A DNA stretch of 32,578 nucleotides, from positions 1 to 32,578 of the forward strand of contig JBIOXB010000029.1 in NCBI GenBank assembly GCA_044869275.1, given 5' to 3'. Of the stretch, positions 26,381 through 32,578 are shown in pieces; position 1 is the first letter of the stretch, and every line of letters begins with the position of its first letter. Below the pieces are notes generated by a model, which saw nothing but the letters and a program-made list of their open reading frames with translations, was not told the DNA's origin and made no database searches. The position numbers were made by a program, and so were the translations under genes. Origin of the DNA: a bacterium (lineage in GTDB: Bacteria; Zhuqueibacterota; Zhuqueibacteria; Zhuqueibacterales; Zhuqueibacteraceae).

Positions 26381-26923
26381 ATGAAGAAGTTTGTTGCCGG
26401 GTTTTTGAGCGGTTTGGTGCTGGGCGCCACGGTTTTGGTGATTGCGCAGGAAGCATTCTATAAAGGCAAAGTGGTTTTTATCAAAGTGCCGGAAGAGAAT
26501 TTGCGCGCCAAGCCGGGCGGCGAAAAAGTCGGCGCGCTGGTCAAAGGCACGGCCATGCAAGTGATGGCGGCGCAGGACAAGTGGCTGCAAGTTGCGGTTG
26601 TCGGGTTTGTTTGGAGCGAGTCGGTGACCGGCAATGAAAGTGCGTTCAAGGGCACGCCTTTCCGTGCCGCCATGATCTTGGTGAAAACCCAGGCCGAAGC
26701 CGATGCCATTCTGCAGGAATTGAAGGCCGGTGGTGATTTCCAGCAACTCGCCGCAAAAAAATCAATCAGCGCGACCGCGGCAAAAGGCGGTGATCTCGGC
26801 GACGCCTATCCCGGCGATTTTTCGCCCGCCTTTGAAAATGCCATCCTTCCGCTCAAAGTGGGGGAAGTCAGTGCGGTGGTGAAAACCGAGAATGGGTTTC
26901 ACATATTCAAGCGTTTGAAATAG
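26381..26923 (+). CDS. Exported SH3b-like plus parvulin (PpiC-type PPIase) domain protein
   Basis: Signal peptide; NLRAKPGG.KVG.L.KGT...WLQV...GFVW (SH3b-like); ILVKT..EA..., F..LA.K.S, GGDLG, FENA, GEVS.VVKT.NGFHI. Confidence 0.85.
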   Translation: MKKFVAGFLSGLVLGATVLVIAQEAFYKGKVVFIKVPEENLRAKPGGEKVGALVKGTAMQVMAAQDKWLQVAVVGFVWSESVTGNESAFKGTPFRAAMILVKTQAEADAILQELKAGGDFQQLAAKKSISATAAKGGDLGDAYPGDFSPAFENAILPLKVGEVSAVVKTENGFHIFKRLK

Positions 26924-26930
26924 ACGCCTT

Positions 26931-27344
26931 TTACCTTATTTCCTCCCGCGATTCCCGCCGGTGGCGCGGCCTCTGCCTCTTTAAGGTATCAAACTTTTCG
27001 CGTTGTTCCGGAGTGAGGATCGATAAAATTTGCTGGTCCAAAGAATCGCGTAGCGCGGAAAAGCGCGGGTGCAGGCCGCGGCGCAGCGCGTCAAACTGCT
27101 GCCGATTGCTGCTCAGAATGCTGTCCAATTGGGTTTGCTGGCGTGGCGTGAGCTCGAGCTGATCGGCAAAATGCCGCATGAAAAATCTTCCCGAGGCCGG
27201 CCGGTTTTCGAATGGGCGCATCTCGCCAAACGGCGGCGCGCGCAGCAGCAGGGTGCGATCCACGACCACTCCGATCAGGATGCCGAGCAGCAAAGTACCA
27301 ATGAACAAACCGGCTGCAGCGGCTTTCGTGTTTTGCAAGTTCAT
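26931..27344 (-). CDS. Spy/CpxP-like periplasmic helical protein
   Basis: N-terminal TM segment with LTPRQ and LTPEQ (LTxxQ) motifs. Confidence 0.75.
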   Translation of the reverse strand: MNLQNTKAAAAGLFIGTLLLGILIGVVVDRTLLLRAPPFGEMRPFENRPASGRFFMRHFADQLELTPRQQTQLDSILSSNRQQFDALRRGLHPRFSALRDSLDQQILSILTPEQREKFDTLKRQRPRHRRESREEIR

Positions 27345-27352
27345 GTTCCAAC

Positions 27353-27823
27353 CTATTCTGGTGCGGAGGCAGAACTCAACACCACCAGTTCCAGTACTTC
27401 ATCTTTCGTTAATGCGCCGTTGTTTTCGGCAAGCAAAGCGATGTCCGAACCGGCGCCGGCCGCCGACAAATAATCATTCTCCTCGAACTGAGACTCCTGC
27501 GACTCAAACGGCCCCCAAGCCAGAAAAATCGCCAGCATTAAAGCCAATGCCGGCACCAAACGTTTTCCCAGCCAAACGAAATCCGCCGGCAAGCTCTGCT
27601 GGCGCTGCGCTTTGATGGTGTTTGTCAGCCGTGCCGCAAAAAAAGGCGGCACTGGAACAGGCGGTTGTTGCCGCAGCACCGTGCTGACGCGCTGCAAAGC
27701 CTCCCAATGCAGGCGGCAGCTCGAACATTCGGACAAATGCAGCGCGGTTTCTCGCATCTCCTCCGGCCGCAAAGCGCCATCGAGATAAGCAGAAAGATTT
27801 TCGGAGGGGATGTGATTTTTCAT
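27353..27823 (-). CDS. Zinc-finger (zf-HC2/ZAS) membrane anti-sigma factor
   Basis: LSAYLDGAL...HLSECSSC (HxxxCxxC), one TM helix, and an ATGA overlap with the sigma gene. Confidence 0.88.
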   Translation of the reverse strand: MKNHIPSENLSAYLDGALRPEEMRETALHLSECSSCRLHWEALQRVSTVLRQQPPVPVPPFFAARLTNTIKAQRQQSLPADFVWLGKRLVPALALMLAIFLAWGPFESQESQFEENDYLSAAGAGSDIALLAENNGALTKDEVLELVVLSSASAPE

Positions 27824-28428
27824 CGGTTTTTCTCCCAATAAGGCGCGAGCAACTCGCGCAGACGTTGCCGGCCGCGGAAGATGCGCGATTTCACCGTGCC
27901 GAGCTGGGCGCCCGTAAGCGCCGCAATCTCATCGTAATCCAAACCCTCTATTTCGCGCAGGATCAGCGGCTGACGGAACTCTTCCGGCAATTGCGCCAGG
28001 GCGTGTTGAATCCGCGTGCGCAGATCGCTGTTTTCCGCTTCCCTGTGCGGAGAAGCCGGCGCCGTGTTTCGCATAGAAAGCCTGTCTTTGGCCCATTCGC
28101 TCAGGCTTTCCAAAGATAGCATGCGGCGCAGCTTTTGTTTGCGGCCATGGTCGATGCACACGTTCAGAGTGATCCGGTACAGCCAAGTGCGAAACGACGC
28201 CCGCCCTTGAAAAGAATTTAAGTTCGCGAAGACTTTGAGAAAGACCTCCTGAGCCAGGTCTTCCACCTCCGCGCGCGGGCCCGCATGGTGAAAAATCAAG
28301 TTGAAAACGTGCTGCTGGTATTTTTGCACCAGCGCGGTAAAGGCCGTTTCGTCGCCTGCGCGGAAAGCCTGGATCAGCTCGAAATCCGCCGCAGTCGTTG
28401 TCTCTGTTGTCGATAGCTCTGCCGGCAT
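27820..28428 (-). CDS. ECF RNA polymerase sigma factor (RpoE/SigW-like)
   Basis: EDLAQEVFLKVF, F.TWLYRI..N.CID, LP..FR...ILREIEGL.Y.EIA...GTVKSRIFRGR. Confidence 0.95.
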   Translation of the reverse strand: MPAELSTTETTTAADFELIQAFRAGDETAFTALVQKYQQHVFNLIFHHAGPRAEVEDLAQEVFLKVFANLNSFQGRASFRTWLYRITLNVCIDHGRKQKLRRMLSLESLSEWAKDRLSMRNTAPASPHREAENSDLRTRIQHALAQLPEEFRQPLILREIEGLDYDEIAALTGAQLGTVKSRIFRGRQRLRELLAPYWEKNR

Positions 28429-28440
28429 TTTTTGCGACAG

Positions 28441-28468
28441 TTAGACGGATCAAAGCGCGCAAAGTTCC
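28441..28468 (-). promoter_or_regulatory. SigmaE-type ECF promoter (likely autoregulatory)
   Basis: The minus strand reads GGAACTT-N16-TCTAA, immediately upstream of the sigma start codon. Confidence 0.75.
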
Positions 28469-28470
28469 GG

Positions 28471-29202
28471 TTACACTTTGCGGCCATATACAAAAATCGC
28501 GGTCGCGAAACAGGCGAGACGCGTCGTGTCTTTACCGAATAAGGTGGCGCGCGCGTAACGTTTGAGCGTGGGTGAGTTCAACATATCCAGCGGTGCGGTC
28601 ATATATGCGGCGCGCAAAATCTCGAAACGATGCCGTTGCAACAACGTCACCACGTCACGCTTGCGATAGATGCGGGCTTTGGCAAAGCGGCTGTGCACGC
28701 GGTGTGGCAGCCATGAGAAGAAGGGCACGCGATTCCATTTCAATAGCGGCAGGCGAGCACCATGCGTTTCGAAAATCCACCACTTGTTGGGCACGGAAAA
28801 GATGATCTCGCCGCCGGGCTTCAAAACGCGATGAATCTCGCGCAGCGCGGCGGATTCCTCCGGTACGTGCTCGAGCACCTCGAAGCTGGTCACGAGGTCC
28901 ACCGTGCCGCTGGCCACCGGTAGATTCTTGCCATCATATTGCACCGGCAGAATCTCGCCATGATTCTGCGCGCGCACAAAATTGCGCAAGATCTGCAAAT
29001 CGCCGAAGTCGATGTCGATGGCAACGATCTTTGCGCCCGAGCGGTGAAATTGCACGGTTTGCGCACCATTACCGCAGCCGAAATCAAGGACGATTTTTTT
29101 CTCGAATGACGCGATGCCGAGCGCGAGTCGTGCACGCCGCTTGACGATTTCTTGGCCATAATCCGCGGGCTTGCCGCGCGCCGGATGCATTGCAGAGGAC
29201 AT
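28471..29202 (-). CDS. Class I SAM-dependent methyltransferase
   Basis: VLDFGCGNG, AIDI, D.VTSFEVLEHV, EIHRVLKPGG. Confidence 0.92.
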   Translation of the reverse strand: MSSAMHPARGKPADYGQEIVKRRARLALGIASFEKKIVLDFGCGNGAQTVQFHRSGAKIVAIDIDFGDLQILRNFVRAQNHGEILPVQYDGKNLPVASGTVDLVTSFEVLEHVPEESAALREIHRVLKPGGEIIFSVPNKWWIFETHGARLPLLKWNRVPFFSWLPHRVHSRFAKARIYRKRDVVTLLQRHRFEILRAAYMTAPLDMLNSPTLKRYARATLFGKDTTRLACFATAIFVYGRKV

Positions 29203-29326
29203 GTCAAGAATTTTTGGTCATGGATGATCACCCGCCCGGCGCTTGGCGCGCCTCGCGCGTTTTTGGATTTCTTTTCAACTCTGGGGCTTAAGCTTTGAGC
29301 ATTGTGCTTTGTACCTTCGATCTCCA

Positions 29327-30793
29327 CTATTTGCTCGTCCATTGCTCCGCGCCGTACTCTTCCAGTATGCCGCGCTCAGCCATGATTTTTTCAATGCGCG
29401 CGCGATCTCGTGGTACAAAATCGGATAGAACTTCTTTGCCGTTCGTGGTGATGACGATCACATCCTCGAGGCGGATATAGATTTTTTCCTCGGGCACGCG
29501 TAACGCCGGCTCGATCGTGAAAACCATTCCGGGTTGCAGCGGGCCGGTGGGCGATCCCACATCATGCGTGGCCATCCCGATCCAATGCCCCAAAGAGGTG
29601 TTGGGATTCATCGCGCCGGCGCGGTACGAATCTACGAACTCGCGCGCCGCTTTTTGGAAGTGCGGTTTGGAGAATCTACTTGTGGCAAGCAAATCGCCCA
29701 TGACCTTCGCGGCTTCCTGCTTGATGGTGGCAGCCGTCACATTAGGGCGAATCGCATTGAGAATGGCTTCATAGCAGCCCTGGTAAAAATCATAAAGCTC
29801 GGCTTGCCATGAGTTGAATCTGCCATTCACCGGCCACATGCGGGTGACGTCGCTCATGTAATAGCCCACGTCCGGCGCGAAATCCATTAACAAGAAATCT
29901 CCCTCTTGCATGCGGCGCTGGTTTATTTTGTAATGCGGGAACCATGCGTTCGAGGCACTGGCGACGATGGCTTCGTAAGCCTCACCTTGCGCGCCGTTGC
30001 GATAGAAAATGAACCTGGCCATCGCCTCCAATTCATATTCGAACATTCCGGGCTTGGTCGAGCGCATGCCTTCCAGCAGCGCCAGGCCGGAAAGGCGCGC
30101 AGCCTTGCGCATCAACGCGATTTCCGCCGGGCTTTTGATGAGCCGCATCCCATCCAAAACCGGCGTCAGGTTCTTGAGCTCGAAGTGCGGAAAGCGCATG
30201 CGTAAGAGATCGATAAAATGCCCCTCGCGACTGGGGCGGCCATCCCAGGGATCGGAGGCGATATCGCCGATGGTGCGCAGCGCGTGATCGCGGCTGGTAG
30301 ATAATCCTTCTGCCGGACTGAACGGAACAAAGAGCGCTTGCTTGTCCGCCGTGCGCGCAAAACGCGCCAGATGCTCGCCCAGCAGTTCGATCCCGTAAAC
30401 CGCGTCCATCCCGCTCAATTCCATCACCAGCGCCGCGTCTTCCGCCGCGAGTAATTTGCCGTCCACGCGTTCCCGCGCCTCGTTGCGATGCAACAAATAC
30501 AGCGAAGCCCGCCGTGCGGCGCCGTCCAACAATAGGTAGGCGTGTGGCACCTCGAGGCCGCAAAGATAATAGAATTCATTCGATTGCCGAAAACCCACCG
30601 AGCCCGTCGGTTTGGGCGCCCCTTGCACGATCGCCAGCGCATTTGCACCCAGCGTGTCATAGACTTTGTTGCGCCGCTGCGCAAATTCTTCCGGCGTGAA
30701 ATCCTTGGTGAAAAGCGGCACGCCGTCTTGGGCGCGGACGAGGATGGTCATGACGAATATGCAAAGAAGGCACATGAGGTTGTGTTTTTTCAT
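29327..30793 (-). CDS. Exported Xaa-Pro aminopeptidase (M24B), copy 1
   Basis: FRQ..EFYYLCG, RLIKS.AEI, metal ligands in MDFAPD...SDVTR, GHWIG..THDV, TIEP and RLED; signal peptide from MKKHNL. Confidence 0.93.
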   Translation of the reverse strand: MKKHNLMCLLCIFVMTILVRAQDGVPLFTKDFTPEEFAQRRNKVYDTLGANALAIVQGAPKPTGSVGFRQSNEFYYLCGLEVPHAYLLLDGAARRASLYLLHRNEARERVDGKLLAAEDAALVMELSGMDAVYGIELLGEHLARFARTADKQALFVPFSPAEGLSTSRDHALRTIGDIASDPWDGRPSREGHFIDLLRMRFPHFELKNLTPVLDGMRLIKSPAEIALMRKAARLSGLALLEGMRSTKPGMFEYELEAMARFIFYRNGAQGEAYEAIVASASNAWFPHYKINQRRMQEGDFLLMDFAPDVGYYMSDVTRMWPVNGRFNSWQAELYDFYQGCYEAILNAIRPNVTAATIKQEAAKVMGDLLATSRFSKPHFQKAAREFVDSYRAGAMNPNTSLGHWIGMATHDVGSPTGPLQPGMVFTIEPALRVPEEKIYIRLEDVIVITTNGKEVLSDFVPRDRARIEKIMAERGILEEYGAEQWTSK

Positions 30794-30825
30794 GTTTTGA
30801 TTCTCCACAGTTATGGATAGTCTTT

Positions 30826-30922
30826 CTGTCATCCCGAAACTTCGGGATCTTCCCTTGCACGATGCACCATCTTCGATCATAAAAGAAATGCAGGAGCCTG
30901 GGAAGATTCTTACAGAATGACA
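30826..30922. repeat. TGTCAT...ATGACA REP-like element
   Basis: Left end tgtcatcccgaaacttcgggatct; right end agattcttacagaatgaca. Confidence 0.65.
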
Positions 30923-30949
30923 CTTTGTGATGTCTGTGCAATATTCATT

Positions 30950-32416
30950 TCACCTGCTCGTCCACTGCTCGGCGGCATACTCTTCGAGCATGCCGCGCTC
31001 CGCCATGATTTGCTCAATGCGGTCGCCCTCTCTCGGCACAAAGTCGGACAAAACTTCCTTGCCCTGCGCGGTGATGACTACCACGTCTTCCAGGCGAATG
31101 TAAATCTTTTCTTCCGGCACGCGCAAAGCCGGCTCAATAGTGAAAACCATGCCAGGCTGCAGCGGGCCAAGGTGCGTACCGACATCGTGCGTGGCCATGC
31201 CAATCCAATGTCCTAAAGAGGTGTTGGGGTTCATGGCGCCGGCGCGATAAGAATCGACAAACTCGCGCGCCGCTTTCTCATGATGCGGTTTGGAGAATCT
31301 GCTTTTGGCAAGCAATGTCTCCATGGTCTTCACGGCTTCCTGTTTGATCGTTGCGGCGGTCACACCGGGACCGATCGCAGCGAGAATGGCTTCATAACAA
31401 CCGCGATAAAAATCGTACAATTCCGTTTGCCAGGTGTTGAACTTGCCGTTCACCGGCCACATGCGGGTGACGTCGCTCATATAGTAGCCGACGTCCGGCG
31501 CGAAATCCATCAACAAGAAATCGCCGTCCTGCATTTTGCGCTTGCCGGCATTATAATGCGGATACCAGGCGTTGCTCGCGCTGGCAATAAGCGAATAATA
31601 AGCCTCACCTTGCGCGCCGTTGCGATAAAAGACAAATTTGGCCATGCCATCCAATTCGTACTCGAACAAACCGGGCCTGGTCGAGCGCATGCCCTCCAGC
31701 AGCGCCAGGCCGGACAGCCGCGAGGCCTTGCGGATCAGCGCGATCTCCGCGGGACTTTTGATCAACCGTAGTTGATCCAGAATCGGCGTGAGATTTTTGA
31801 CCTCGAAGTGCGGAAAGCGCGTGCGCAACAAAGCGATAAAGCAGCCTTCACGCGAGGGGCGGCCGTCCCAAGAATCGGAAGCAATGTCGCCGACGGTGCG
31901 CAACGCCAGATCGCGGCTGGTGGCAAATCCTTCTGCCGGACTGAACGGGACAAAAAGGGTCTGCTGGTCTGCGGTGCGCGCGAAGCGTGCGAGATGTTCG
32001 CCCAGAAGCTCTGCGCCATAGACGGCGTCAATGCCGCTCAGCTCCATCACCAATGCGGCGTCCTCTGCTGCAAGCACTTTGCCTTCGCTGCGCTCGCGGC
32101 CTTCGTTGCGATGGGGGAGATAGACTGCAGCGCGCCGCGCTGCACCATCGAGCAGGAGATACGCATGCGGCGCCTCGACCCCGCAGAGATAGTAAAACTC
32201 ATTGGACTGCCGAAAGCGTACATAGCCCACGGGGCTGGGGGCGCCTTGCACCACGGCCAGCGCATTCGCGCCCATCGCGTCGTAAATTTTGTTGCGCCGT
32301 TGCGCAAATTCTTCCGGCGTGAAATCTTTGGTGAAGAGAGGCAGGCCGTCTTGGGCGCCGACGAAGCTTGCCAGCGCAAACGCATAGATGTAGAACGCGA
32401 AGAAGACTTTTTTCAT
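30950..32416 (-). CDS. Exported Xaa-Pro aminopeptidase (M24B), copy 2
   Basis: Same motifs and identical length (1467 nt) to copy 1; GGAGG RBS before MKKVFF. Confidence 0.93.
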   Translation of the reverse strand: MKKVFFAFYIYAFALASFVGAQDGLPLFTKDFTPEEFAQRRNKIYDAMGANALAVVQGAPSPVGYVRFRQSNEFYYLCGVEAPHAYLLLDGAARRAAVYLPHRNEGRERSEGKVLAAEDAALVMELSGIDAVYGAELLGEHLARFARTADQQTLFVPFSPAEGFATSRDLALRTVGDIASDSWDGRPSREGCFIALLRTRFPHFEVKNLTPILDQLRLIKSPAEIALIRKASRLSGLALLEGMRSTRPGLFEYELDGMAKFVFYRNGAQGEAYYSLIASASNAWYPHYNAGKRKMQDGDFLLMDFAPDVGYYMSDVTRMWPVNGKFNTWQTELYDFYRGCYEAILAAIGPGVTAATIKQEAVKTMETLLAKSRFSKPHHEKAAREFVDSYRAGAMNPNTSLGHWIGMATHDVGTHLGPLQPGMVFTIEPALRVPEEKIYIRLEDVVVITAQGKEVLSDFVPREGDRIEQIMAERGMLEEYAAEQWTSR

Positions 32417-32502
32417 ATTGATCCTCCGATTGCGATTTAACACAGTTTGTCATTCTGTAAGAATTGCCATGTCCGGATTGACACCCTATCATGATGAAAA
32501 CC

Positions 32503-32572
32503 TGTCATTCCCGCGAAAGCGGGAATCCAAGTTCCTCGTGCTCCCTGGATTCCCGCTTGCGCGGGAATGACG
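32503..32572. repeat. GTCATTCCCGC...GCGGGAATGAC REP doublet
   Basis: tgtcattcccgcgaaagcgggaatcca and an inverted copy tggattcccgcttgcgcgggaatgac; core ATTCCC-N8-GGGAAT. Confidence 0.85.
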
Positions 32573-32578
32573 GCATGC

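Overview
Bacterial chromosomal window, moderately GC-rich. The YPNPFNP-type T9SS C-terminal domain and the S46 peptidase suggest an FCB-related lineage such as KSB1, Ignavibacteria or Calditrichota; this is an inference. Coding content, in order: a partial hypothetical gene, a 14-domain fibronectin-III T9SS cargo protein, corA, a stand-alone Smr protein, a thioredoxin-fold protein, a DPP11-like S46 peptidase, an internally deleted nitrobindin pseudogene, a PAP2 phosphatase, a probable outer-membrane beta-barrel, an amidohydrolase, hsp20, moaC, a complex I cluster with only membrane-arm genes (nuoA-H-J-K-L-M-[Uma2]-N), an M14 carboxypeptidase, an SH3b-parvulin fusion, an ECF sigma/anti-sigma/Spy-like triad, a methyltransferase and two tandem Xaa-Pro aminopeptidases. 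The most striking feature is an apparently non-coding ~590-nt unit at ~7287-7874. It has a sigma54-type promoter, candidate enhancer and IHF sites, eight GGAYG motifs mostly at hairpin apices, and its own intrinsic terminator. It looks like a CsrB/RsmZ-type protein-sponge sRNA in a lineage outside the Gammaproteobacteria. The intergenic spaces also hold three REP-like palindrome types and several head-to-head micro-repeat palindromes of period 6, 7, 8 or 9.
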